The notes under the pieces are model-generated. The model was not told the origin of the DNA. It saw only the letters and a program-made list of their open reading frames with translations, and made no database searches. Position numbers and translations under genes: made by a program. A stretch of DNA of 64,000 nucleotides from a virus (taxonomy: Duplodnaviria > Caudoviricetes): the IMG/VR virus record IMGVR_UViG_3300022074_000030, positions 2,077 to 66,076 of that record; one strand, written 5' to 3'. How positions within the stretch are numbered: position 1 is the stretch's first letter; each line of letters starts with the position of its first letter. Shown here piece by piece: positions 9,901-19,700 of the stretch.

Positions 9901-12590
9901 CCTGCTGTTATCGACACACCGCTGTGTGCAATGTGTTCATCTGCTACGAATCCTGATAAATTATCGTGTCTTATTATTGGTTCGTAATATGTTAAAAGTT
10001 CAGCCGAATCGATAGCCAAATCTCTTGTTGATGCAATAGTGCCTCCACCCTTTAAACCAAATCCTGCAGTTATTGAAACTCCGCTGTGTGCTACATGTTC
10101 ATCTGCCACAAAATTAGTAAGAGCGTCATGATCTATAGATGTGATATTTCCAATATCAGCAATTAATAAAGTTGGTATTCTTGCAGAATCGATAGTGCCT
10201 GTTAAAGATGCTGCAGGTAAATTAGTTAATGATGCACCGGAACCTGAAAATAATGGTGCATTTATTTCTCTATTTGAAATAAATTTAGCACCGGAATGTT
10301 GATAATTGAATGTAGGATTATTGACAATGGCTGAATCACCCCAAGTAAATCCCGCACCATTAAGTGCTGAACTATCTGCTGCGCTATCAGCTATAACAAT
10401 ATTTTTATCTTTTAATACAATGGTTGATGAATTAATTGTAGTTTGAGTACCTTCAACTTGAAGGTTGCCCATAATCTTTACTGTACCAGTAGCATCTCCA
10501 ATTGCGGCTGGATCAATTATTAATTCAGCTGGACCTCTTAATTGTGCAAATGTTGGTGTAGCCGCAGAATCCAAAGGCTGAGGACCTCGAATATCTCCTG
10601 TACTACTATTGTAAGATATGCCGTTACTTGCACTAAAATGTGCTCTAACTTCTGACGATGACGGTCCAGTGTAAGTAAATACTCCTGTTGAATTGTTATA
10701 AGAAAAGCTTCCATCACCACTTACGTCAGTTGCAGAAAATATTTTTTTAATATTTGATGAATCAACTTGTATATCATCAGCATTTGCTATTATACCTTTT
10801 CCACCAACAACATTTAAAGTTCTTGTGGATGCAATATTACCGCCGCCAGTTAAACCAGCACCTGCGGTTATTGAAACACCGCTATGAGCTACATGTTCAT
10901 CAGCTACAAAATCACCGAAATCATCATGTTTGTAAAGTGAATATAATTCTGATGAATCAATACTTAAAGTATTAGTGGTACTGTTATAAGCTAAACCAGC
11001 TCCACCAGTGCCGGCCTCATCGAGTGCAACATTGAAGTCGCTATCAAAATTAGCTTTAGTGTATACTTGTTCAACGTCAAATTCAAATCTACCTGTAGAA
11101 GAATCATAACTTAAATCACCACCTGCAGAGAAATGTGATCTAACTTCTGAAGCACTTGGTCCTGTGTATGTAAATACACCTGTTGAATTATTGTAACTAA
11201 AAGAACCATCACCACCAGCATCAGTTGCGGAAACATAGCCACGTATGGTTTGTGTAGTAGTTGATCTAGCTAGGTCTGAATCAAACCCTAAATATTCTCC
11301 ACTTATAGTGGTTGATGAAAGTGTAGTTATTGTCGCTGAATCAACAGTTGCAGCTGCAGCATTCACTGAAGCATAATTTAACGTAGAACCTGATATGTCT
11401 GTAATTAATGCGCTGTCAGCAGTAATAAGTGGAACTGTAGCTGAATCACCACGTATACTTCCTGTAACTGTTACACCAGAATCTGTTGTTTCAAACCTCT
11501 TTACGTTATTATAATAAAGTTCAACTGCTCCATCATTATTAAAGAAAGCAAAATCTTTGGTGGTTGCTGCATTTAATAATCTAACAGTATTGCCTCTTAA
11601 TTGTAGTTGACCTGTGGAATTTTGTATAATACTGTTAGAGGCGTTGTGCCAAATCTGTAAGTCATTATCATTACCAAATTTTGCTTTGTAGTTATCACCG
11701 AACTCAAGAGCTTTATCTGATTTATCAAATAATATAGCACCTGATGAATCAAATGTAACATCACCAGCAGCAGTAATATTTGTAAATGTAGGATTAGCTG
11801 CAGAGTCTAAAGGTTGTGGTAATCTAAAGTCACCTGTTGTACTATTATAATTTAAACTATTACTTGAACTGAAATAACCTCGAATGTCTTGTTTAAAGTT
11901 TGCTTCTAATTCTGCAGAGTCAATACTCAGTGTGTTAGTAGCATTATTATAAGTTAAACCTACACCTTCAAGAACAGCACTGTCAAGCGTTACATTGAAA
12001 TCAGAATCAAAGTTTTCTTTTGTGTATACCTGTTCAACATCAAATTCAAACACACCAGTGCTGGCATTATATGAAAGATCACCGCCACTGGCAAACATAT
12101 TTCTAATTTGTTGTATAGAACCTTGTAAATTAAAATTTACTGGAGCACCAACACTGTCTGTGGCTGCAAAACCTCCACTTGAATCTTTTAAATTTATGCT
12201 ACCTAAGTGTATTGTAGTTCCACTTAAATATAAATCTCTAAATTTCTTAGCACTATCACCTAAGTCAAATGAACTGTCTAATGTAGGAACAATGTGGCCT
12301 TTAGTAGTAAGACCTGTTACAACTGGTGTTTTATCTGAGTCTATGGCAATAATTAATTTATCATTACCGGGCGAATATTCTCTTGCTAAACCTTGGCCGA
12401 CATCGAATGTAAAGTTCTTAAATGCACTTTCAGCTGAATCATAGACTAATATTTGACCATCGGATTTAGTCGCAACACTGAAGTCTGAAAAGTTATCAAT
12501 GGACAATCCAGTTTGAGCAGTACTTATTGGTGTACCAACTACAATCTTTTTTATGAAAGTTTGTTGGCCTGTGACGACCTTAATTGCCAT
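6900..12590 (-). CDS. Long tail fibre / large virion structural protein (1896 aa)
   Basis: G/S/T-rich with several repeat families, TTNLTEGTNLYYT motifs and a cupredoxin-like insert. Confidence 0.85.
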   Translation of the reverse strand: MAIKVVTGQQTFIKKIVVGTPISTAQTGLSIDNFSDFSVATKSDGQILVYDSAESAFKNFTFDVGQGLAREYSPGNDKLIIAIDSDKTPVVTGLTTKGHIVPTLDSSFDLGDSAKKFRDLYLSGTTIHLGSINLKDSSGGFAATDSVGAPVNFNLQGSIQQIRNMFASGGDLSYNASTGVFEFDVEQVYTKENFDSDFNVTLDSAVLEGVGLTYNNATNTLSIDSAELEANFKQDIRGYFSSSNSLNYNSTTGDFRLPQPLDSAANPTFTNITAAGDVTFDSSGAILFDKSDKALEFGDNYKAKFGNDNDLQIWHNASNSIIQNSTGQLQLRGNTVRLLNAATTKDFAFFNNDGAVELYYNNVKRFETTDSGVTVTGSIRGDSATVPLITADSALITDISGSTLNYASVNAAAATVDSATITTLSSTTISGEYLGFDSDLARSTTTQTIRGYVSATDAGGDGSFSYNNSTGVFTYTGPSASEVRSHFSAGGDLSYDSSTGRFEFDVEQVYTKANFDSDFNVALDEAGTGGAGLAYNSTTNTLSIDSSELYSLYKHDDFGDFVADEHVAHSGVSITAGAGLTGGGNIASTRTLNVVGGKGIIANADDIQVDSSNIKKIFSATDVSGDGSFSYNNSTGVFTYTGPSSSEVRAHFSASNGISYNSSTGDIRGPQPLDSAATPTFAQLRGPAELIIDPAAIGDATGTVKIMGNLQVEGTQTTINSSTIVLKDKNIVIADSAADSSALNGAGFTWGDSAIVNNPTFNYQHSGAKFISNREINAPLFSGSGASLTNLPAASLTGTIDSARIPTLLIADIGNITSIDHDALTNFVADEHVAHSGVSITAGFGLKGGGTIASTRDLAIDSAELLTYYEPIIRHDNLSGFVADEHIAHSGVSITAGFGLKGGGNIASTRDLAIDSAELLTYYEPIIRHDNLTGFVANEHIDHTSVSVTAGFGLKGGGTIASTRDLAIDSAELLTYYEPIIRHDNLSGFVADEHVAHGDVSITAGFGLKGGGTIASTRDLAIDSAELLTYYEPIIRHDNLSGFVADEHVAHTGVSIVAGKGLTGGGNIASSRTIDIDSANVRGMFSAGGDLSYNSGTGEFSFDVESVYTANNFDSDYFFAKDSANTAVERNQHDSDTKNFAVTVAAKVNHVYSGGSGQAYYIDGTESPVINLKLGRTYRFTLSSSDMSNHPFRFYYDAAKTTQYTTGVTTTATYAEIAITEATPPVLHYQCSSHGYMGHALQIGTRNFTGFTTTNLTEGTNLYYTNARVESYINAGEGIDFSSGTISGEDATSSNKGIASFSSDHFDVSSGAVTLKADGIDDTHIDFGTGTNQVNTDDLPEGSTNLYHTPARVRQYSIDSAEAIQLIDSAYVQARQSPGTDSAATITLMNAAGIQAPDGGAAGGLAKLSVGNDSDLKIFHTGSHSVIQDAGTGSLQLQTNNLTVQNAAGTENQITALSGGAVSLFFNNLARLATTDSGVNVTGEVSADSAKFDKLTAAGLIFPTSDGLNNHVIRTDGSGNLSFASVTALSGNIDSAAVIQLVDSDYVQARTAAGTDSAATQAMIDSSIGFQVDSAYIQLRQSGGAITVQEEGSSLSTSATTLNFVGDNVTATGSGATKTITITGGSGTTGTINNVSTSSFSGDNSTKAFTLTEAPADSDDAFVFVNGLLQHTNTYSISGTTLTLDSAPDSSSEIEVRTHQLLSSNLVLRDYKPYLYTIDALSDSVSGQDSSGTTLAYDVGKVEVYLNGARLATGKDFTATNGTSIVFDSAVSAGSIVEVVSLAKASTVEINGIRAIDSDLLTTGSNQIIHTFAAASFRTMKYVAQLEHDSSNSYHAEEILLTHNGTNVAMTTYGQVLLDSTLGTFDADINSGNVRLKLTPTKTNVSFKLREIRTPA
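9360..10130 (-). repeat. Tandem 162-bp (54-aa) coding repeats, ~4.7 copies
   Basis: tgtcttattattgg recurs at 9481, 9643, 9805 and 9967; unit RHDNLSGFVADEHVAHSGVSITAGFGLKGGGTIASTRDLAIDSAELLTYYEPII; a detached partial copy lies near 10820-10930. Confidence 0.95.
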
Positions 12591-12597
12591 TATTTCC

Positions 12598-12951
12598 TCA
12601 CTTAGTTACGGATGGAGTTACTTGTATGCGCCCTTCCATAATTCTTTCGACTATGGTGTTGCCAGTTCCACTTTCGGCATGAGATAACTCAACATCATAT
12701 ACATGTCTCCCCGCCTTCAACGCATCAGTTTGTGCATTGGTAAGAGATAACGTAGCTGTGCCATCAGTGTTACTCGTTATTTGTGTAGTAAACGCTGTTG
12801 CTTCAGAACTGTCTGTGTTGAAAGTTTTCTTTATCTTACCCGCTACTGAATATCCTAAGAGATTCTTAGCTGCGCCGTTAATGTCGACTAAGTGAAGTTC
12901 TATAGTGGTGTCTGTACCTTGATCAATGGTAAATTCGTGAAATTGGGCCAT
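12598..12951 (-). CDS. Virion structural protein, BppU-N-like fibre anchor
   Basis: IDQGT...LSLTNAQT...GRHVYDVEL...RIMEGRIQVTPSVT family pattern. Confidence 0.65.
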   Translation of the reverse strand: MAQFHEFTIDQGTDTTIELHLVDINGAAKNLLGYSVAGKIKKTFNTDSSEATAFTTQITSNTDGTATLSLTNAQTDALKAGRHVYDVELSHAESGTGNTIVERIMEGRIQVTPSVTK

Positions 12952-13004
12952 GAAATACTCCAGTTGATTTCTTTGTCGGACGTCCCCGCCCCTGCCTTTA
13001 GATC

Positions 13005-13012
13005 TATTTATA
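13005..13012 (-). promoter_or_regulatory. T4-type late promoter TATAAATA
   Basis: Exact consensus, intergenic. Confidence 0.75.
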
Positions 13013-13024
13013 CAAAAAAGATTC

Positions 13025-14188
13025 TTAAAAGCCTTTAACTGAAGTTATTCCTGTATGTTGGCTGCTGTCGAGAAGTGCAGTGCCTTTGTTTAAATCATTT
13101 ATTGATAATGGATTGCCGCTTCCATCAGTATTTGGTAATGTATGTGTAATGCTATACGAACCGTCAGTTGAATTTCTTGTACCTGTAATTGATGCACCTG
13201 ATGCAACAGATGATCCACTTAAAGGATTATTGCTACCACCAACAGTAACTGTATGATCGGTATTATTAGTAAATGTAAATTTTCTACCTGTTGCTGTTTC
13301 AAAACATTTAACGTCTCTTATCTGACAGAATGCACCTCGACCATTTTCGAGCTCTACAACAGCCCTACCGTTATTAGCATCTATGTATATTGCAACACCG
13401 GTTTGACCTGCATTACCGTTATTAACACGCTGAAACGCACTAAACCACCGACAAAAACGATAAGTCGCTCCACTGTAAGTGTGTGTTGTATTTGTTGTAG
13501 GAGGAAAACTGCCGTTTACACCCGTAATTGGCCCATCAGTACGATTACCGTCTTCCATAAATGCGTGTGTAAACGTCATGCTAAAATCTGATCTTATAAC
13601 ATTAGTTAAATTTGGACCACCAAAGTTTGATGCAGTAGACGTATTATAATAAACACCATGTGTTCTATGAGATGTTCTATTGCTTCCACTGCTTGGAGGA
13701 TACGCGTGAACTGTTCCAGCACCATCTCCCCATGTTGTACCACCTCCTGAACCATAACTATTACCAGGGTCTGCCCTAATATCATTAATAGTTTGATTAG
13801 TAAACGTATGATTCGTATCAACTAGAACTTGTGTAGTGTCACCATTAGTTGCAGTTGTTGTACCAGTATGACTTGTGCTGGCTTGTGCAATCGTTGTTGT
13901 TTTTCCTGTAGCTCTTACTGCTCCGTCACCTTTTAATTCAATCTTAACACTTCCAGGCGTATCCATATCTAACGGTGCATCTGATCCATTATCGATGTCG
14001 AATCCATTTGTATCTAAGATGACTTTTTTATGATTAGTAGTTGAGTCTAATGTTAGTTGACCAGATACATTGCCTGTCAGTTTGTATAACTGTATTGGAA
14101 GATTTATTTTTGCACCGGCTTTTGAATTTAAACTTCCGGCTGAGTTAACCTCAGTGAAACCAAGATTTGAAATAAGTGGAGCACCCAT
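13025..14188 (-). CDS. Putative distal adhesin / receptor-binding protein
   Basis: G/T/N-rich 387 aa, follows a fibre-like gene as gp38-type adhesins do. Confidence 0.45.
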   Translation of the reverse strand: MGAPLISNLGFTEVNSAGSLNSKAGAKINLPIQLYKLTGNVSGQLTLDSTTNHKKVILDTNGFDIDNGSDAPLDMDTPGSVKIELKGDGAVRATGKTTTIAQASTSHTGTTTATNGDTTQVLVDTNHTFTNQTINDIRADPGNSYGSGGGTTWGDGAGTVHAYPPSSGSNRTSHRTHGVYYNTSTASNFGGPNLTNVIRSDFSMTFTHAFMEDGNRTDGPITGVNGSFPPTTNTTHTYSGATYRFCRWFSAFQRVNNGNAGQTGVAIYIDANNGRAVVELENGRGAFCQIRDVKCFETATGRKFTFTNNTDHTVTVGGSNNPLSGSSVASGASITGTRNSTDGSYSITHTLPNTDGSGNPLSINDLNKGTALLDSSQHTGITSVKGF

Positions 14189-14195
14189 ATATCAC

Positions 14196-14945
14196 CTATG
14201 ATTTAACTGTTTCAACAAAAGAGAATGCCGTACCGTTGTAGAATCCAACTGCAAGGTCAACTGAATTACCAAGTGATATACCTTGTGATACGCCACTATG
14301 AGTCCAATCGATTGTAAGATTGTTACTACCTGTAATTTTATCTACTACTACAGTTTGTCCTACGTTTAAACTACCATTTGCAATTTGTAATGTGATATCA
14401 CCTGATGTAGTATCAACTCTTACATATTGATCATCACTTGTACCCGGTGTAAATGTTTGAGAGCTCGTGATTGTTGACGGGTTAGCAACTGCACCCGGGC
14501 CTGTATATGTAAATACACCAGTTGAACTATTGTAAGCTAATGATCCACTACCACCAGCGTCTGTAACTGAAACTAATCCTCTTATTACTGATGAATCAAC
14601 TGAAAGATTACCACCTGCAAAATCAATACCATGACCTCCACTGATGTGTGAACGTACACTATCGGCACTTGGTCCAGTATAAGTTATATTTCCAGTAGCT
14701 GAATCATAAACTAATCCTCCATCACCTCCAGCATCGAGAACTTGAAGTGAATTTCTTGCTATGGTAGTAACGTCCGCTGAGTCAGTTTTATCTATCGCAA
14801 CTTTTAATTCGTTAATAGCACCTACAACATCTGAATCTACTGTTGTATTGAGATTAGTTAAATCACCAATTGTATTTGATAATTGGTTTGTCTTTGTAAC
14901 CCAGTTGGTTACGGTGTCTGTTAGGTTAACTGTAGTTTTAGCCAT
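14196..14945 (-). CDS. Short fibre / whisker-like protein
   Basis: DTVTNWVTKTN and VVGAINEL motifs; DAGG..YTGP repeats shared with the long fibre. Confidence 0.65.
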   Translation of the reverse strand: MAKTTVNLTDTVTNWVTKTNQLSNTIGDLTNLNTTVDSDVVGAINELKVAIDKTDSADVTTIARNSLQVLDAGGDGGLVYDSATGNITYTGPSADSVRSHISGGHGIDFAGGNLSVDSSVIRGLVSVTDAGGSGSLAYNSSTGVFTYTGPGAVANPSTITSSQTFTPGTSDDQYVRVDTTSGDITLQIANGSLNVGQTVVVDKITGSNNLTIDWTHSGVSQGISLGNSVDLAVGFYNGTAFSFVETVKS

Positions 14946-15144
14946 CTAATTTCTCTATAATTTGAGTTAACATTTTTTTAATATCACCGACTTCATCTTT
15001 TAAATTTTCAAACTCTTGTTCTTTTTGCTTTCTTTCAAGCTTTCTTTTTCTAGCTTCACTGATTTCATTTTTATTTATATTCAATATAGCACCAGTAGAC
15101 GTATCTCTTACTAAATCGCTATGTCCTTCTACATTTTTATACAC
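14938..15144 (-). CDS. Conserved small protein downstream of VrlC-like genes
   Basis: VEGHSDLVRDTSTGAILN plus coiled coil, typical of marine T4-like phages. Confidence 0.65.
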   Translation of the reverse strand: MYKNVEGHSDLVRDTSTGAILNINKNEISEARKRKLERKQKEQEFENLKDEVGDIKKMLTQIIEKLDG

Positions 15145-16717
15145 TTAATGCAATTACTCTTAAATTTCTTATTATTGGTGTATATGCTTGATCAGTACTT
15201 CTTAAAACAATTTTTGTTTGATACTTTTTAAAAGGAGTTAAGTCACCACCTAATCCACCATGTAAATAAGTATACTGTCTAAATGTGAGTGGATTGTCGT
15301 CACTTGGTACTGTAGTTTCTTGTGTAAGTAAAGTAAAAGTTTGTTCTCTAATATTTTCATCCGCATCACATGTTCTCACAAATACTTGAAAATCTGTAGT
15401 AGAAGGTCTATTTGCATCTATTAATATTTTAACCCCAACTGCTTCTTCTTCGAGAATAATTGGTCTAGATAAATGTTTTGAAGCAGCACTTCCTCCTACA
15501 ACTGAAGTTTCATCAACAAAGTTTAATGGTACATTGAACCCATCAGTTATACTAGATGCTTGCTTGTCAATTACATTTGATATGAGTCCAACTGAAGATC
15601 TTTGTAAATCAAGCATTGGTCCGTAATTCGAATCTTGAAATAAATCTACTTCCATTTCGAGTGATTTTACTCCCGCACCAAGTTCAGAATTTTCTGCGCT
15701 GTCGTGCGCAACTAAATTCAATCTCGGAAATGAAGTATTTTGCAATAATCTTATTGTTTTAAAATCAGTGTCTTTTTGAAAAGCAGTTCCAACTCCACCA
15801 TACGACTTAGATGAAGTGGTTTTTACAGAAAGATTAATATCAGCACCCGGCGGTACTAACGTTTGTATATTTGGAAATAATGTACTGTAAGATATGTTTT
15901 TAGTAGATTGTACGGCAGAACCTCCTGCAATAGCATCTGAATCTGCAGCAGAATCAGCAGTGAATGTATAACCCGTAAAATCCATTGCAGTAATATTATA
16001 TCTCTTATTTAATGTTGATGCAAATATTCCACCAACACCAGCTGAATCTACTCCAGATAAAACAACTGGTTGACCAACTTGCATACCGTGATGAGGATGG
16101 AATACTTTCACATTAGTTGATCCAGCTGTTGTTGTTATCGGGTTATTCTGTAACAATTGTTTTGGAACAGACGCATTCTTAAGTATTACCTTTGATGTTC
16201 TTGTTTTAAACTTAGCTCTATGAATTCTGAATGTTAAGTCTTGATTTTGTGCTGCAGTAAAAGTTTTTGAATTTTGAGAATAAAACAAACTACCTAAAGT
16301 AGGTTGTTTATTAACTCTTTTTTCAGTAGAACCTACAACAAATTCATTTATTTCTGCAACATAAACTTCATAGTCTTTTGAATCTGCAGTTATTACTAAT
16401 GCATAATCTCTTTGACCACCTAAATAAAGGGGTTCATCTAGTTCAAATGCGGTTGCTGTTGTTGCATCTGCTGAAATACTGGCACCTCCAGCAAACGTAC
16501 TTCCGGGTAAAGATTTAACGCTGCCGGGAATAACTTCACTTGAAGAAGGAAACCCATTATTCATAGGTCTTATTTCTATTTGGATAGGTGCATTTTCATC
16601 AGCTGCTTTTAAATATAAATCTACTTTCGTGATATAGATACCACTAGGTTCTGCAACATAAAATGATTGAGCTAGTGGCTGTTTACCTACTTTATATCCT
16701 GTTTTACTTACTGCCAT
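15137..16717 (-). CDS. VrlC-like structural protein, C-terminal part
   Basis: PLAQSF, ITKVDLY, GSLFYSQN and QDLTF motifs. Confidence 0.7.
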   Translation of the reverse strand: MAVSKTGYKVGKQPLAQSFYVAEPSGIYITKVDLYLKAADENAPIQIEIRPMNNGFPSSSEVIPGSVKSLPGSTFAGGASISADATTATAFELDEPLYLGGQRDYALVITADSKDYEVYVAEINEFVVGSTEKRVNKQPTLGSLFYSQNSKTFTAAQNQDLTFRIHRAKFKTRTSKVILKNASVPKQLLQNNPITTTAGSTNVKVFHPHHGMQVGQPVVLSGVDSAGVGGIFASTLNKRYNITAMDFTGYTFTADSAADSDAIAGGSAVQSTKNISYSTLFPNIQTLVPPGADINLSVKTTSSKSYGGVGTAFQKDTDFKTIRLLQNTSFPRLNLVAHDSAENSELGAGVKSLEMEVDLFQDSNYGPMLDLQRSSVGLISNVIDKQASSITDGFNVPLNFVDETSVVGGSAASKHLSRPIILEEEAVGVKILIDANRPSTTDFQVFVRTCDADENIREQTFTLLTQETTVPSDDNPLTFRQYTYLHGGLGGDLTPFKKYQTKIVLRSTDQAYTPIIRNLRVIALSV

Positions 16718-16739
16718 CTAATATCTCCTAAAATAATCA

Positions 16740-19700
16740 TTATGTCCATCCTCCGCCACCAAATCCACTATTATTGCTCTGACTGGTTTCTGTATCTTGA
16801 CAAGGATCATCACCCTGTTCAACAGTAGATGAGGCATTTAATCCACGGCTTCCATAAACACTTGAAGCATTACCATAAACACTACCTAAATTTCCGTAAG
16901 TCCCTGAAGAAGCAGTAGCGGGGTTGTATGTTCCAGCTTGCATAAGATCCATTGGCCCAGACCACACTCCATCTAAAGTATAATTGCTTAAATTTACATT
17001 AGCAAGATCTTTATTTGATACCCATGTATTACCACCATCGAATGATCTATAACCTCGATTATCCGGATTAGTTACATAATCATAATCGTCACCGCCACCA
17101 TTGCCTCCTGAGTAATAATAAGGTCTATATATTATTCTTGTTGATATATATTCCGCTTGTTTTGTATCAATAAATCCAGAGGATGTATATGGTGCTGATG
17201 ATATTGCTGCAGCATTGACTTCTTTGTCTACACTTATATCAAGTATTTTAAATTGTCGTGTACCAGTTCTTATTTTAGTTGTTTCATTATTTGGTACAAT
17301 AAACGATCCTGATATAAATCCATTTGGATCGGTGACTAATGTTGATGCGCCATCTGGGTGTGTAGTAATATTTTTTAATGTATTTCCGAAATCTGAATCG
17401 GTGTCAGAATAAAATTGAAAAGAACCTTCACCACCGGCTCCATTCGTTAAATCACTTATATTATTTCCATCTAAGAATGTGAAAACTCTTGTATTAGGTC
17501 TTAATCCTGATGCTTTGAAATAAACTTTTCGTGCTCTCATAAAATGAGATAATACTGATTCAATAACTCTGTCTTCTACTAAATTTAATATAGATTCATT
17601 TGTAACAACTCTTTCAACAGCCTGATCTGTAGTAGTACCGGCCCAATCATAGACATGATTATTGAATAAGTAAGAAGGTCTTCTTGAAATTGTTGACCCG
17701 CCAGGAACTATTTTATCTGGTAGTCTTTCAACATCTCTCCACTCGTCAGAAGCTGGTGATAATGTTATAGTTCCAGCAAATATTGAAACTGCGAATGGAT
17801 TTATTTTTATTCCTTTACTAGCAGTTGTTTGATTTATATAAACTGCTTCATCATGAGTTGGATATATGTTATCACCTTTTTTAATTGTATTTGTAGAACT
17901 TGCTGAATCATAAACCATTCTTAATTGATCTTCATTAAAAAACGCTCTCAGTTGTTGTTTTTGTAGATCAATAGATGCTCTGTATTCATTAGAAGGAGTG
18001 ATTTGAGAAAAGCTATGGTTTTTAAAGTTGTCAACTAAAAACCCACTTTTTGTTCTATTATTACCAGATGAGTCAAGGACTTCAAGATTTTTTGTATCAA
18101 GTTCTAATAAATTCAATGTAGTAAATTCTTCGAGCCTATCGACACGTTTTTCAATTCGTCCTATATCTTTCATAGTAAATCTTCTATAGTTGAATCGACT
18201 TACTGAAACATCAGAGTCATTTAACGTTGCGGGATTCATTCCAATATCAAATAAAGGAAGAGTGCCTTCAAGCTTATCTGGAAATAATGGGTTAAATGAT
18301 GGTGCACCATCTACTAAAGAAAAGTTAGAATTACGATCTATTGATAATTTACTAGCAAGGCCTAAATTATATGTAGCATCTGTTGTTATAGTTGTGCCAA
18401 CTTTAGGTAGTTCCAACATAGTTGAACCGCTTGTATTAAAATTACCGGCTGAATCTGCAACTGATCTAAAATCTATGAAATCTCTTAAATTTACAACTTC
18501 TCCGGCAGGAGTTTTGAAATCAGGTATTTTATTATAATCAACTTGACCGCTGTAAGAGTTTACAGAAAAATAGTCTCCAGATGTACTTGGTTCAAAAAAT
18601 TTATACTTAACAAAAATATCACCTGCTGGAGCAGATTGACCACCAGCCAATATTAGTCTCCCTGGTTCATACCTTGATGGTCTTTGACCGTTATCTAAAA
18701 TAAATCTACTTGAATAATTAGTACTACTATCACCAGCTTTCACTATTTCATCAACTTCAAATATATCTGCACGTTTTAAATTAATGAATTTAAAACCAGC
18801 ACCATCTGATTCAACAGTGTTAGTTAAATTAAAAGTAGTTAAAGTTTTTGTTTTTGGAGATGTTTGAGTTTTACTTATAAAAGATGCAAATTCTATATTT
18901 GATGAACTCGCAATTGTTGCAACAGGACCACTTGTTCCAAAATCTACAGTTCCGCCTGTTCCACCGCCTGTTAAATTGATAGTAGGTGATGTTATAGCCA
19001 CATCACTATCTGCTTTTGCGAAAACAAAATCATCTGTTTGTGTATAAATTTCACCAGCTGTAGTTAGTCCTGTTAAAGTTATTACACCAGAACTATTAGC
19101 TGAAAGATTAGTAAATTTTCTTTGAGCCGTATATGTTAAATCTGTAAGTGACTTCGCTCTTGGTTTAGGTAATGGAAATAAGCTGAAGTCATTAGCAGCT
19201 TCTTTCAATATTGCCTTTGAATTTTCAAGTTTAACATCAAAATAATTACTTGTTGATGTACCTATGCTTTTTACATTACGAAAAGCATTTCCTGAATTTA
19301 ATTTAATGTCTGTAAGATGCATCTTTAAGTCAGTACCACTCTTCGTAATAGCTTTAATTCTCGCAGTTCCAAGTGTACTACCACCGTGTTCTACAGCTGA
19401 TCTTAAATTCATTTCTTCCATTTCATTAAAGTTTGGAATACCGTTCGTAGTTGTAGAACCACCTACACTTACGTCTACTAAGACGTGATGACCTAATGTT
19501 GTACCTACGGGTTCATTGTTGATTACTGCCGTTTGTGAGGGTTTGAGTATTCTTAATGTGGTAGGATATCCTCTGGTTGCTCTGTAACCATCGACTACAA
19601 CCGTACCATCACTTATTTTCAATAATAAATGTGTATTTTCTGAATCTAATTCAAATCTTGCGTTAAAAGGTTTTACAATGTAGTCACCAGAATTTTCTCT

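Noticed and set aside
9360-10130. Regular repeats considered as a CRISPR array
   Set aside because: The 162-bp in-frame units have no unique spacers, and no cas genes are present.
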